Positions 1 through 10,872 are shown, numbered from the stretch's first letter. The stretch is 64,000 nt of DNA from an uncultured virus (IMG/VR IMGVR_UViG_3300042870_000870) (IMGVR_UViG_3300042870_000870); one strand, 5' to 3'. Made by a program: numbers and translations. The notes: a model not told the origin generated them from the letters alone.

Positions 1-49
1 AAGATTGTTGAAACGAAAATCCTAAATGCCCAAAATTTCTCTCTTCCAT
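1..49 (-). CDS. N-terminus of a gene running off the window (MEERNFGHLGFSFQQS...), possibly the replicative helicase
   Basis: ATG at 49-47 with A-rich upstream and an open frame to the edge; follows the SSB-UvsX-exonuclease operon; only 16 codons visible. Confidence 0.35.
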   Translation of the reverse strand, partial: MEERNFGHLGFSFQQS

Positions 50-76
50 GTGTTTATTTTATAATGTGTGTTTAAA

Positions 77-532
77 TTACAATTGATAATTCAAGTATGT
101 GGTTTCCAATTCTTCTGAAGACAGGATTTCAGTTAAGTCTGACAAGATACGCTTCAAATTTGGACGGATATCGACAGTATACCTAACCTTTGGATGATAG
201 TAATATGCTGGGAATATTCTTTGAATAAATACATCTTCATTCAATTTAATTTCCAATAAAAAGTGTTCTCTATCCTTCTCGGGAGCGTCTTCCACATAGT
301 CCGAAGATAGGAAATAATTTTGATTTTCGCACAAATAATCAGAACTTTTTATTTTTAAATCTTCAGAAATATCCTCACAAATATTTCTTAGATAATAATG
401 AAGGTCCATAGATCGTCTCGAATTTTCCACATGATCCTTTACATTAAAGAATCTTTGACAAATAATGTTTCCCTCTAATGTTAATAGGAATTCAAATTTT
501 GTAATGTCCGGTTGTTGTTGGTAGTTACTCAT
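77..532 (-). CDS. hypothetical protein in replication operon
   Basis: 151-aa ORF overlapping the exonuclease stop; no recognisable motif. Confidence 0.75.
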   Translation of the reverse strand: MSNYQQQPDITKFEFLLTLEGNIICQRFFNVKDHVENSRRSMDLHYYLRNICEDISEDLKIKSSDYLCENQNYFLSSDYVEDAPEKDREHFLLEIKLNEDVFIQRIFPAYYYHPKVRYTVDIRPNLKRILSDLTEILSSEELETTYLNYQL

Positions 533-1547
533 AACTTTTGATTTTAATTATTTTTTTTTTATTTTTTTCTTTTGTTGTTAATCGAAGGAATGGGTTTAAG
601 AATTTAACAAATCCATCATCTGATTTTGGTAATAGATTAAAAATTCCATCGTCCCTCATCATTCTCATGGCGTTTTTGTAAGACCTACCTTCTTGATCTA
701 AGTTTTCATTTATTAGTAAATCTATGTTTTCTTTAGCCTCGTCGGTTAAAAAAGGTTCTTCCAAACTTACGATACGATTGTTTATATCAAAAAACTCCTC
801 ACCTAATACACCATGTTTGGTAACACCTGTTAGTAAATTCGCAATAAGTTTGTTGTGTTTGTCTTGTTGAAAGATTTCCTCACATTTGTTCTTAACTTGT
901 TCAACAGAAATTTGTTGTGTTTTTAGTTCGGGAAAAACCGATAAAAATCGTTTTACGCCCATCCCTCTTATGCCGGCAATGTTGTCTGAGGAGTCACCAC
1001 ACATCATCTTAACCAATTTAACATTTTCAATTAAGATTTCCTCGTGGTTATAAACAATTGTATCGTTTTGTTTGTAAAGTTTTCCGTGTGACGGATTGTA
1101 GATTTGTGTATTTTTTGAAACCAATTGTGTTAGGTCTCCGTCTGAAGAATAAACTATTTTATTTTCTTTGGGTGAATTCTGAGTATAGTATGCAATGTTG
1201 TCATCAGTCTCACAATACTCATATTCTCCCTGTCTTACGAATAACTCTTCAAGATATTGTTTTACTCTATCTCTTTGGTAACCGTAAGAGTTAACTTCTT
1301 CTTCAGAACGAAGTCGTGATCTTCTGTTTTCTTTGTAAGGTGCGTAAATTTTCTTACGAGTTTGGGACCCTTCTAATCCATCCCAAAATACAACTATCTT
1401 GTCTAAATTGTACGTCTCAAATGTTCTTCTAAGAGTATTAAGAAAATGATACATTCCCCCAATGTGTTCTCCATTATGAAAGGCATTTTTAACGCCATAG
1501 AAACCAATCGTAAGTAAATTGTCGCCATCTACTAATAAAACAGACAT
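525..1547 (-). CDS. 5'-3' exonuclease / T4 RNase H-like flap endonuclease
   Basis: LLVDGDNL, VVFWDG, YKENR, ETDD, SSDGDLTQL and GDSSDNIAGIRGMG (H3TH) motifs of the PolI 5'-nuclease family. Confidence 0.92.
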   Translation of the reverse strand: MSVLLVDGDNLLTIGFYGVKNAFHNGEHIGGMYHFLNTLRRTFETYNLDKIVVFWDGLEGSQTRKKIYAPYKENRRSRLRSEEEVNSYGYQRDRVKQYLEELFVRQGEYEYCETDDNIAYYTQNSPKENKIVYSSDGDLTQLVSKNTQIYNPSHGKLYKQNDTIVYNHEEILIENVKLVKMMCGDSSDNIAGIRGMGVKRFLSVFPELKTQQISVEQVKNKCEEIFQQDKHNKLIANLLTGVTKHGVLGEEFFDINNRIVSLEEPFLTDEAKENIDLLINENLDQEGRSYKNAMRMMRDDGIFNLLPKSDDGFVKFLNPFLRLTTKEKNKKKIIKIKSYE

Positions 1548-1559
1548 TAAATAAATTTA

Positions 1560-2540
1560 TTATAAATCACTTTCCTCTGTTACAACTTCCACGTCTGTGA
1601 TGTCTGTAACATTAACACCTAACATCTTACCGATGTAATCACCCTGTTCTTTTTTATAATCCTCAATTGATTTCTTCTCTTCTGAATCTTCTTTTGCTGA
1701 CATAAATCCGTGGGCGGTAACTAAGATACGTCCGTCTTCATAACCTGAACCATTGATATGATTTTTCATTATGGAAATTTTTGTTCTTGTTGCTATTTTA
1801 ATTTTTCTCTTATCTTTTGTGATGGAGATTTTAGTTGTACCCGCACCTTTTTGATTACCAAATAAGAATACAATACTTGAGTTTAACCAAATCGCTTCTC
1901 CACCTTTTGCTTTAATCTTAGGTTGTCCGAAAGGATTATCAGGTAATTCTACCCAAGGTTGGTTAACAATGATTAATGTGTTTGTGTAAGGTTTATCTGT
2001 CCTTCTTGACCCTGAAATACGTTGGTTGATACCCATTCCAATTTTGTCAGCTAATACCGACGCGTTGTGCTGTTTACCACCTTTACCATCGTAAGTCATT
2101 TTACAAGGGACTGAACCTACAGAATCCCAAAGGATTAATAAATCGTGAGGTAAGTCTCCCTTTTCTTGAGCATCTAATAATTCATTGATGTACTCAGTAA
2201 TTTGTTCGATATACTCAAAATCACTATTGAAAAGATAATCTCCGTTCTTATCAAATCCCATTAACTCCGCGTGTTCCCAACTCCATTTTTGTTCTGTAAT
2301 AACGAACACAGGAACAACTCCTTTCTTTTGTGCATCTACCGCTGACTTTACAAGTGCGGTTGTTTTACCTGTATCACTGTGACCTAATAACATATTGATG
2401 TGTCCCATCGCTGGACCTGGAAGCCCTGTGGCGTCCAAGAAAGCATCTCCTAAATCGAAGAAACGGTCAGCCTTGTATTCAGCTTCTTTCGAGAATTTCT
2501 TCTTGATTGCTGAAAAATCTGTTTTTTTAATACCTGCCAT
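1560..2540 (-). CDS. uvsX: RecA/UvsX-like recombinase
   Basis: Walker A GHSDTGKT, Walker B ILWDSVG, IIVNQ and KGGEA motifs; next to SSB. Confidence 0.9.
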   Translation of the reverse strand: MAGIKKTDFSAIKKKFSKEAEYKADRFFDLGDAFLDATGLPGPAMGHINMLLGHSDTGKTTALVKSAVDAQKKGVVPVFVITEQKWSWEHAELMGFDKNGDYLFNSDFEYIEQITEYINELLDAQEKGDLPHDLLILWDSVGSVPCKMTYDGKGGKQHNASVLADKIGMGINQRISGSRRTDKPYTNTLIIVNQPWVELPDNPFGQPKIKAKGGEAIWLNSSIVFLFGNQKGAGTTKISITKDKRKIKIATRTKISIMKNHINGSGYEDGRILVTAHGFMSAKEDSEEKKSIEDYKKEQGDYIGKMLGVNVTDITDVEVVTEESDL

Positions 2541-2552
2541 TGTTTTGTGTTT

Positions 2553-2580
2553 AAAAATGGGGTGGATGTTTCACCACCCC
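2553..2580 (-). terminator. hairpin/weak intrinsic terminator between SSB and uvsX
   Basis: GGGGTGG-N8-CCACCCC followed on the minus strand by ATTTTT. Confidence 0.6.
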
Positions 2581-2589
2581 GTGAAATAA

Positions 2590-3435
2590 TTAGAATGGTA
2601 ATTCTGAATCTACATCCTCATCTTCTTGTGGGTCAACCACAGGAGTTGATGGGGTTTTCGGTGTTGAAATTACTTCTTCCGATGTTGAATTGGATGCCCA
2701 TTTGTTGCTGTTTGAATCCCAACGTGGAACCTCACCTTTAGCGACCATTTCTAAGTAATCCTCAGGTTTTTTAGAATAAACATCTGACCAAGTTAATTCG
2801 TTATCTACCCAAGTTTTTGCGACGTTTGCGTCTGTGTGTAACTGACCCGCGTCTTCAGGAATAACTGAATTGATGGTTGTGTATTCTTTACCTGTACCTG
2901 CCTTAGTTAAGGCTAAAGACAAGATTAAATCACGACCATTTTCAATATTGGTGATATCACCTTTGTTACGGAAAATTGGGAAGATTTTATCTAAAATACC
3001 ATCACCTTTGTGATTGTGTTTAAATCTCCAAAATTTAGGTCCGTCTTGTTCGTTATCGCGATCGACAACTTTAACAATGTAGAACTTACGAGAACGATAA
3101 TTACGAGCCAATTCTTTATCAGAATCAACACCCGTCATCATCAAACCCTCATAAACTTCATGTAATGGGGAACGTTTTCCCTCTTGTTTTGGGTCATATA
3201 GTTTAACCCATTTTCCATCGACTTGAACTTCGTGGAAGTAAACCTCAACAAATGGTGATGAACCATCTTTTGTTGGTAGAATACGAATACGTCTTTCTTC
3301 TCCCTTAGAACCCTTAGGTAATACTGTAGTGAAATAACGTTTCAATCTGTCCTCTGAGGACATTTTGTTTGCGGTGCCACTTGTGGCGTTTTTGCTTTTC
3401 TCGTACTGAGCGAGTACTGCATCAAATGTTGACAT
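2590..3435 (-). CDS. T4 gp32-like single-stranded DNA-binding protein
   Basis: RIRILP, PFVEVYFH, YIVKVVDRD and GRDLIL segments; acidic tail ending DSELPF; beside uvsX. Confidence 0.85.
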   Translation of the reverse strand: MSTFDAVLAQYEKSKNATSGTANKMSSEDRLKRYFTTVLPKGSKGEERRIRILPTKDGSSPFVEVYFHEVQVDGKWVKLYDPKQEGKRSPLHEVYEGLMMTGVDSDKELARNYRSRKFYIVKVVDRDNEQDGPKFWRFKHNHKGDGILDKIFPIFRNKGDITNIENGRDLILSLALTKAGTGKEYTTINSVIPEDAGQLHTDANVAKTWVDNELTWSDVYSKKPEDYLEMVAKGEVPRWDSNSNKWASNSTSEEVISTPKTPSTPVVDPQEDEDVDSELPF

Positions 3436-3480
3436 GTTGTTAAATTTTAATTATTTAAATTGTTATAGTAAAATATACAT

Positions 3481-3509
3481 AAAAAAACCCAGACTTGGAA
3501 ATCTGGGTT
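3481..3509 (-). terminator. intrinsic terminator
   Basis: AACCCAGA-N8-TCTGGGTT stem with a T7 run on the minus strand, downstream of the ferritin-like gene. Confidence 0.75.
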
Positions 3510-3540
3510 AAAGTTTTTTAATATTTTTTTTGGGTTTGTG

Positions 3541-3912
3541 TTATTCCATCGTAAATAGATACGCATATTTGTTTACCAATCCTAAAAATTCATCTCTTAG
3601 GTTTAATAAATCGGTGTCTGAAGGGTCAAGTTGTTCTGTAAATTGTACCAACGCCTCTCTAGTCGTATTAACTAAACCTTTAATATCTATTTCAGATAAA
3701 TTTGATAATTCTATAGTTTTTGTTTCTTCATCCAAAACAAATCTACCATACTTACCCATTGCCTGTTCAATATACTTGTCAATTAATGGAGTTAAGTCGT
3801 CGTAGAAATTACCAAATGCCTCATGTCTTGCAATACCTTTGGTTTGCCAATGACATATTTTCATTTGATTTTGTAAACCTAAAAAAAAGTTTACATTAGA
3901 ACTTATATTCAT
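3541..3912 (-). CDS. Dps/ferritin-like four-helix protein (DUF5856-like)
   Basis: HWQT...HEAFGNFY...IDKYIEQAMGKYGR and LLNLRDE...YAYLF pattern. Confidence 0.75.
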   Translation of the reverse strand: MNISSNVNFFLGLQNQMKICHWQTKGIARHEAFGNFYDDLTPLIDKYIEQAMGKYGRFVLDEETKTIELSNLSEIDIKGLVNTTREALVQFTEQLDPSDTDLLNLRDEFLGLVNKYAYLFTME

Positions 3913-4531
3913 CTTCCTCTTCGCTTGGGTTAAATGATGTTTTTATATTTTCAACTGGATAATTTTCAACCTCGTCTTTGGTTAAAATGTATTCATTCTT
4001 ACCACTTGCTCTCATCTCACCTTGTTTGTGTGCGAAGAATTCTTGTGGTTTCTCATTAAATGGATATGAATCCAAAGAACGCATTTCAAGTCTTTCAACT
4101 TCAGTTTTTGGTTTGTTGGCCTCAACGGTTGCACCTAATTGGTCAATCTTACTCATTACTTGGTCCATTTGAGCTAATTTTTGTTCTAAATCAGTTAGCT
4201 TTGTAAACACGTCGTCCATCTTAGTTATCACCTCGTTGTTTGATCCCGTACTATCTTCTTGGTCTTTCTTAACACTTTTAACCATGTTAACCAAATCGGT
4301 AATATCTACTTCTTCTGTATTGTCCATTTCAGGAGCGGGTGCTGCGTCCATAGGTGGTGCGTCAGCAGTAGGTAATGCGTTTGGATCTGGTGCCATATCT
4401 GCAGGTGCTCCTAAAGCTGGGTCCAATGCTGGATCGGCAGGAGGTGCGTCTTGTTCCATTATCATCGTCTTACCATATTTATTTATGGCTTTATAACGAT
4501 TTAATTCTTCTTGTAGTTTTTTCTCTAACAT
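3896..4531 (-). CDS. acidic Pro/Ala-rich coiled-coil protein, putative internal head/core protein
   Basis: N-terminal LQEELNRYKAI tag, PAD/DAP low-complexity tract, coiled coil; downstream of late motif. Confidence 0.6.
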   Translation of the reverse strand: MLEKKLQEELNRYKAINKYGKTMIMEQDAPPADPALDPALGAPADMAPDPNALPTADAPPMDAAPAPEMDNTEEVDITDLVNMVKSVKKDQEDSTGSNNEVITKMDDVFTKLTDLEQKLAQMDQVMSKIDQLGATVEANKPKTEVERLEMRSLDSYPFNEKPQEFFAHKQGEMRASGKNEYILTKDEVENYPVENIKTSFNPSEEEDEYKF

Positions 4532-4534
4532 GGC

Positions 4535-4738
4535 TTAATCTTGTAATAATTGTCTACCGTCGTTTGTAACGTATTTTTTATTTATTCTTTCAACAATTCC
4601 GTCTTTTTCTCTGATTGTGTAACATTCTCCCGTTACCATATCACACTCTTCTCTTTCCATTTCATCATTTGATGTTCTTTTAGTCTGTTTAGGACTTAAG
4701 AACTGATCCATGGTGTTGTTTAATTTATTATTTTCCAT
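4535..4738 (-). CDS. small hypothetical protein
   Basis: 67 aa with a CxxxxxxC pair; late motif at 4755-4762 upstream. Confidence 0.7.
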   Translation of the reverse strand: MENNKLNNTMDQFLSPKQTKRTSNDEMEREECDMVTGECYTIREKDGIVERINKKYVTNDGRQLLQD

Positions 4739-4782
4739 AATTTTCTGTTATATGTATAAATATCCCAAATTTGTTAATATTC

Positions 4783-7700
4783 TTAAATGATTTCAAAATA
4801 TACAACATCCCCATCTTGTACTTTTAAATCTTTCATTAATTGTTTAGATAGTGCCAATCCAGATTTAACCCCTGTTGGTCCTGCATTAATTGGTCCTGTT
4901 ATGTTATTAACGTTAATTTGTCCCGAACCAACTGGTGGTACGGTTATTGGGGTTTTTACATCCTTTGGGTTATAAAACTTAGTGGTTCCTTTGATAATTA
5001 AATTTGGTTTAGCTACATCAAAATCAAATTTTGTCGAATAGAAGTATCTTGTTGAACTTGATAAATCTTTCCAAGTAATTGGGTTGGGTTCTATTGTATG
5101 TTCCGTTTGTCTCGAAATAATATTCATAGATATTGTTTCTTTTATCTCATAATTTGGTCCACCCATAGTAATAACTTGAGCCCTTAAATAATCTTTTCCA
5201 TTGAAACTAACTTTTTGAATGTACTTTTCTTCGTTATATCCATTATATGGTACACCATATTGTGTAACCCCTTGTTCTAATAATATTTTTTCTCCGTTAA
5301 TAGCTTGTTTACTATCTCCCATATCTGATAAGAATGTTTTACCATCACTTGTTGTGTGTGTTTGTTCATTCTTTGTTGACCCTGTTGTTGTGGAATTTTC
5401 TTGTTCTTTAGTTTTAGCAATTGCCGCTCTAGTTATCTTGTCAAATAAAACCCTATAACTTGATAGGAATGAATCCTTAGGGTCAGGTAATGATGCATAA
5501 GGAATTCTTGTACCTTTAAATGTGGTTATTATATTATTATTCCTAATACTATGTGAAACTTCAGTTATCCAATATGACCCCCTAAACATAGGCACATTTT
5601 TTAAATAAAAATACATTGTTGGTTGAATCATAACATTACCCATACATGTTACGTCACAAGTATATGATGCCTGTCTGTATATGTCAAATAAACTTATGTC
5701 TATTTGATTTGCAGCCGCACCACTTTCAGAACGACCCAAATTTTCAATAACATTAAATGATTCTGTGGTGTTCCTTATTGATGATTGGTCAAGTTGTACA
5801 CTCTTAAAAATACCTTGGTTTTGGTCACCAACACTTACTTCAAACGCAACCACTTTATTAGATTTTGCATAATCTCCTTGACTAAACACCTGTGGTGTTG
5901 TTATAACTAATGGACTACCTACTCCACTAAATAAGTTACCACTATCGTTTTTAAATTTATATTTTTCGTTAATGTCAGCCAACTCTAGATGTTTAGATGT
6001 TGGTCCCGTATATTGAATAAGAATTTTAGGTGAAGAATCTTGATAGTCCACATCTAAAAATGTTCCAAATAAATTTTCAGCAATTTTCTTAGATGGTGTT
6101 ATTCTAGATTTAGTTGAGTTGTTTGTTCCGTAGAAATTAACGTATGCTGGTAATCCCCTCATATCAAATCCCGTTCCTTGTATTAACATTGATATTACAC
6201 TATAAAGATTCGCCTTACTATTTTTTGTATCTTCTAATGGTAATAATTTTTCAAGTGAAAGGTACGCTTGGTCTCCTATGTCTTTATTTGCTTTATCTAA
6301 GAATAAAAATTCTTCCATTAAAGTCCTTTGTCCTAATGAATTTCCTGCAACCCATTTATCATTAAACGATTTAAAGTAATTATATAATTCTAATTTTAAT
6401 GGAATGTCATTATATCCATTTACAATCGTAACCTCATTTTTACTATCTTTAACTGTTAAAGTTGATAACTTAGGTAATAATTGTGTAAAATATTGTCCAA
6501 GTCTTAATTCAGGTCCTCTCAATATTTTTGTTTTTATATAATCTTGGAAATCTGCCTTTGTTGGGGTGTATGCTAATCCTTTACTTTCGACCCATCCAGC
6601 AAATATTAGAATCAATGGTCTAAATATTAATACATTTTCTTCACTTAATTCTACATTATTAGTTACGAAGAAATTTTTATAACAATCTGTTGATGGTTCT
6701 CCTCCCACATATAAATCAATATACATTTTATTAGAACTATATTGTGATGAATTGTACTCATTATATGAAAACCTATTTACGTCATCTATTTGAGCAAAAC
6801 CATTCCATACATTTGGTACAATTTCTTTTGGGTTACCAATCGTTACTTTTAATAAATTATCAGTTCCTAATATTTGTTGAGTTATTGATTCTAATTTTTT
6901 TAATTGTTTTTCTTTTAATGTTGTTATAATTGCATTAACATCTGTGTTGTCATTATTATCGTCTTTATCTATGGTAACTAAAGCCTTTAATAAATCTTGA
7001 AATTTATCATATTTTACAGAATGACTTTCAATTGTTTTAGTTTCACCGCTAACAATTCCTGTTACGTTATAGTCTGGAAATACTTTATATGGTATTTCTT
7101 CTTCTAATTTTTCTGTTGCAAAATCTAAAAAATATTCTTCAAATTTATCTAAAATTTGAGGACTAAATGTTGCAATTAAATCGTATATCTTTCTTTTTTC
7201 AGATGTTACTAATGAATACTTTGCATCTTCATCTTTGTTTAAATCGGTGAAAAATGGACCAGAATAATCGACCATATTAAAAAACAAAGTTCCAACATCA
7301 TATGATTTATTATATTCATCATAATCAAAGAATTCTTTACCGTCATAATAATCCGTTACTGATTCATTATCATAACACCATAAAATTTTAAAATTTTTCT
7401 GTTCGTTACCACTAGCGGTAAGTCCATTAGTAAAACCATTCTTAGACCCCCCAACTGAAGGTAATAATGTAAAATATTTGTCTGAAGATACTATTTTTGA
7501 GTTGTCAATAAAACTTGTGAAATACAAACCATTATCACCAATAGGTTCTTGTACTACATTGATGGTCTTATTAGTAAATGCAGTATCAAATGATATGGTG
7601 TCACCAGTTGAAAATAAGAAATGTGAATACCCATTTACAATTTGATGAAATACAGAATCATATAATGGATGTAAACCGATTACATTTTGTGATGTATAAT

Positions 7701-10557
7701 TTACGTTTTGTCCAATATTAAATGTTAAATTGTTACCATCATCAAAGAATGTTTTTCCACTAATTGCTGTTGTGGTTGTTCCACTTAAAAATCCAGATAA
7801 TATATCTTTATTTTCTAATATTTTCTTTTTATATCTATGATAAATTGACCCCCATTTGATTATTAAATGATAGGGTACATAATGTGATGCACTTATCTCT
7901 CTAAAAACCGTAGATAACCTTGTTTTACCAAAGAATTCATCTTCTAAATCAATAAATGGTAATGAGTTCAATAAAAGATATGCGGAACCTGCATACTTTC
8001 CATATGATTGCTTACCGAAATCAGATTCTAATTGTTTATGAAAATATGGTGTGTTTAAAATACTCGCGGAACTACTCGGTCCAATTTTTATTTTTTCATC
8101 GAATAAGTTAGAGTATTTATCTGTCCAATATGTTGGTAGTGCAGGTGCAGATATTAATCCTTCTTTGGTATTAACTTGAAATATTTGTTTTAAATTTAAA
8201 TCTGCTAAACTAAATGATTCTTCACCCAAATAGTTTAAATAGCTATCCGAATTAAATGGATATATGTTTAATCTATAAGTTTCAGACTCATATGTGAAAT
8301 CATTTAAATTTTCTTTTAATTTATTAAAAACACCAGTATCTTCAAAATTCTTATTACCACTATAACTTGTTTCAATTGAGAATGGAGTATTTTCAATTGT
8401 TTTTAAATAAGGTGTTGTTGGTAACTTATCTTCAAAATAGGGATACCTATCAAATGGTGAAAACGATAATAAATTTTCTGTTAGTGTTGTAATGTTTGTC
8501 ATTGTTTTTAACATTCCAACAACATCAGGGTCTTCACCAAACATTTTTTGTATATTATCAAATTCTCTATCCGCTAATTCATTAATTGTGTTTAATGAGA
8601 AATCGTCGGATAATGTTGCATATCTACCTCTCTCATGTATTTCATATATTATAGAAGATATTGACTTGTTAATATATGGTGTACCAATTGCTAATTGAAA
8701 CAATGTCGCTATTTTGTGTAAATCACCATCTGTATTTGAATTATCAAATACGAAATCAATTTTACTTGCAGAACCTTCGTTACCTGTTAATGAGTCTTGT
8801 CTTTTTGTGCCTACAGCTTGATAGTTTTCTAAAAAATCAATTTCAGGCCACAGAAACTTATCGTATGACCTTAATTTTTGTTGTAACTCAGGATCTCCAG
8901 GATATGCAATTACTTTTTGTTTGTTTGAACTTTGTTTCTTTACTTCAGGCCAAGGATAAATTGAATCATTACCTTTTGACTCATCACTAAACCCTTTTAA
9001 TATTTGTCTTCTTATTGTGGAAACCTCAAATGATTTACTATGTACTTCTTTTAGTAACCTAATATAAACTTCGGCATTTGCTAAAATTACCGCAAATATA
9101 TTACGTATTGTTGGGTCAAATCCAATTCCTTTATCTTTATCTTTAACGATTTCATTCATTTTTCTTTCAACAAGGTCTTGTAATTTATTTCTTTGTTGAA
9201 CGAATAATTGTTGCATATCATAGATGTCTTTTAAAACACCTTGAACAGAGACCACATAACCGCTAGCTATTAATTTTACATAAGAGTCAATCGGTTTTAT
9301 TTTGTTTGAATAACTAAATGTTTCTTTCTTAAAATCATTTGCAGATTGTTTTAAAAACGTTTCTGTAAATATTTTAGTCTGTTTTAAATCTAAAGGATAA
9401 TTTGTTATAATACTTTCTAATGTACCATTAACAGTACTTCCTTTTATTTTTATATCTGTTATAGTTCTATCCACCATTCTATTATAAATGGCACCATCTA
9501 CTTCCACAGTTTCGGCACTTACAAATCTTTTACTCCAATTTTTAACTGCCGATTCAAATTCTGTTAATTTTTTTTCAAAATCTTTAACACCGACGAATAG
9601 TTTCATATCAACCAATCCACCGAATATTTCTTTTTCTAATATTTTATCTAAACTTCTAGCAATAACGATTACTTCTCTTAACGTTTTTGTTGGAAAGTTC
9701 TTATCAATTAAACCTTTTTGTTTATATTCATCATAAACAGATTTTAACATTACATAACCTTTTGAAGATTTTTTAATCTGTTTTTCTTTTGTTCCTTTTT
9801 TCTCGTTGAATTTTGCTGGTAAATCGGGATCCGATTCAACCATATACATGTATGGTGCGTTTAATATACCATCAAGTGGTATGTCATTTAAAAACGCATA
9901 AGTTGACCCAACAAATGTTGTGGCAATTTCAAAATTACCATTTGATTCATTGTATTTTGAACTGAACTTAGTTAAATGTAATCTATATTTAATTGCTTTA
10001 CCATAATACCCTTTTATTGTTAAATAAAAGATCGGCCAAGGTAAATGAAAGAACGCACCATATGGTGAATTTTGGGGTGATTCAAACAGAGTTTTACCTC
10101 TAACGTCAATAAAGTTAATGTTAACTTGTGGTATAAAGTTAGCACCCTTAATATTAATGTTAATACTGTCAATACCAAAAGATTGTGCAGTTGAGTCGTT
10201 TTGGTAGTTATATTTATTTCCGTCATTGTCTACTCCATCTTTTACATTTACAAACTCTTCTGTCCACGCGGTATCAAAATCTTTACCATTTTTACCTTTA
10301 TTTTGTGTAAAACTTAAGGTTCCTTTAGCTATGGACGATAATGTTCCTTTCGATGTACTATCGCCAGATGCTGTTAATACGCTTCGTGGTATTAAATCTG
10401 CCTCAAGATTGACAAACATTACTAAATTTTCTTGTTTTATTCCTCTTGGTTCTACTTGGTCACCATTTTGCACACTATTGGGATCAACAAAAACTAAGTT
10501 ATTAACATCAACTTTTACTAAAATATTTTCACTCTGACTAATTTTGTTATTCCCCAT
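4783..10557 (-). CDS. very large baseplate hub protein (gp27/GpD-like C-terminal region)
   Basis: 1924 aa; CDVTCMGNVMIQP...GSYWITEVSHSI...TTFKGTR resembles contractile-tail hub proteins; follows the LysM wedge gene. Confidence 0.6.
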   Translation of the reverse strand: MGNNKISQSENILVKVDVNNLVFVDPNSVQNGDQVEPRGIKQENLVMFVNLEADLIPRSVLTASGDSTSKGTLSSIAKGTLSFTQNKGKNGKDFDTAWTEEFVNVKDGVDNDGNKYNYQNDSTAQSFGIDSININIKGANFIPQVNINFIDVRGKTLFESPQNSPYGAFFHLPWPIFYLTIKGYYGKAIKYRLHLTKFSSKYNESNGNFEIATTFVGSTYAFLNDIPLDGILNAPYMYMVESDPDLPAKFNEKKGTKEKQIKKSSKGYVMLKSVYDEYKQKGLIDKNFPTKTLREVIVIARSLDKILEKEIFGGLVDMKLFVGVKDFEKKLTEFESAVKNWSKRFVSAETVEVDGAIYNRMVDRTITDIKIKGSTVNGTLESIITNYPLDLKQTKIFTETFLKQSANDFKKETFSYSNKIKPIDSYVKLIASGYVVSVQGVLKDIYDMQQLFVQQRNKLQDLVERKMNEIVKDKDKGIGFDPTIRNIFAVILANAEVYIRLLKEVHSKSFEVSTIRRQILKGFSDESKGNDSIYPWPEVKKQSSNKQKVIAYPGDPELQQKLRSYDKFLWPEIDFLENYQAVGTKRQDSLTGNEGSASKIDFVFDNSNTDGDLHKIATLFQLAIGTPYINKSISSIIYEIHERGRYATLSDDFSLNTINELADREFDNIQKMFGEDPDVVGMLKTMTNITTLTENLLSFSPFDRYPYFEDKLPTTPYLKTIENTPFSIETSYSGNKNFEDTGVFNKLKENLNDFTYESETYRLNIYPFNSDSYLNYLGEESFSLADLNLKQIFQVNTKEGLISAPALPTYWTDKYSNLFDEKIKIGPSSSASILNTPYFHKQLESDFGKQSYGKYAGSAYLLLNSLPFIDLEDEFFGKTRLSTVFREISASHYVPYHLIIKWGSIYHRYKKKILENKDILSGFLSGTTTTAISGKTFFDDGNNLTFNIGQNVNYTSQNVIGLHPLYDSVFHQIVNGYSHFLFSTGDTISFDTAFTNKTINVVQEPIGDNGLYFTSFIDNSKIVSSDKYFTLLPSVGGSKNGFTNGLTASGNEQKNFKILWCYDNESVTDYYDGKEFFDYDEYNKSYDVGTLFFNMVDYSGPFFTDLNKDEDAKYSLVTSEKRKIYDLIATFSPQILDKFEEYFLDFATEKLEEEIPYKVFPDYNVTGIVSGETKTIESHSVKYDKFQDLLKALVTIDKDDNNDNTDVNAIITTLKEKQLKKLESITQQILGTDNLLKVTIGNPKEIVPNVWNGFAQIDDVNRFSYNEYNSSQYSSNKMYIDLYVGGEPSTDCYKNFFVTNNVELSEENVLIFRPLILIFAGWVESKGLAYTPTKADFQDYIKTKILRGPELRLGQYFTQLLPKLSTLTVKDSKNEVTIVNGYNDIPLKLELYNYFKSFNDKWVAGNSLGQRTLMEEFLFLDKANKDIGDQAYLSLEKLLPLEDTKNSKANLYSVISMLIQGTGFDMRGLPAYVNFYGTNNSTKSRITPSKKIAENLFGTFLDVDYQDSSPKILIQYTGPTSKHLELADINEKYKFKNDSGNLFSGVGSPLVITTPQVFSQGDYAKSNKVVAFEVSVGDQNQGIFKSVQLDQSSIRNTTESFNVIENLGRSESGAAANQIDISLFDIYRQASYTCDVTCMGNVMIQPTMYFYLKNVPMFRGSYWITEVSHSIRNNNIITTFKGTRIPYASLPDPKDSFLSSYRVLFDKITRAAIAKTKEQENSTTTGSTKNEQTHTTSDGKTFLSDMGDSKQAINGEKILLEQGVTQYGVPYNGYNEEKYIQKVSFNGKDYLRAQVITMGGPNYEIKETISMNIISRQTEHTIEPNPITWKDLSSSTRYFYSTKFDFDVAKPNLIIKGTTKFYNPKDVKTPITVPPVGSGQINVNNITGPINAGPTGVKSGLALSKQLMKDLKVQDGDVVYFEII

Positions 10558-10870
10558 AATATAAGTTATACAATTCTACACCACTTTTATAATCTTGTAA
10601 AGAGTCGATTAGCGGATATGGTATCCTTATATAATAATTGTTAGGTATTTCAAATTCTAAACTACCTGCAGCGGGGTTTGCTAATAAAATCAACCAACCA
10701 TATAATGGTGAATTGTAATATTCTTGTGATAGTTTATCTAATCTATCTTTACCTTTTTTATATTGTTGGTACTTGTCTGTTCCTTTTATTGGTATTTCGA
10801 TTCCTGGAACAACTCTAAATTCTCCATCATTTATATAAAATTGGTACCTATTAAAATATTCTCTACTCAT
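10547..10870 (-). CDS. LysM-containing baseplate wedge protein (gp53-like)
   Basis: DRLDKLSQEYYNSPLYGWLILLANP...IRIP. Confidence 0.8.
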   Translation of the reverse strand: MSREYFNRYQFYINDGEFRVVPGIEIPIKGTDKYQQYKKGKDRLDKLSQEYYNSPLYGWLILLANPAAGSLEFEIPNNYYIRIPYPLIDSLQDYKSGVELYNLYYGE

Positions 10871-10872
10871 GA

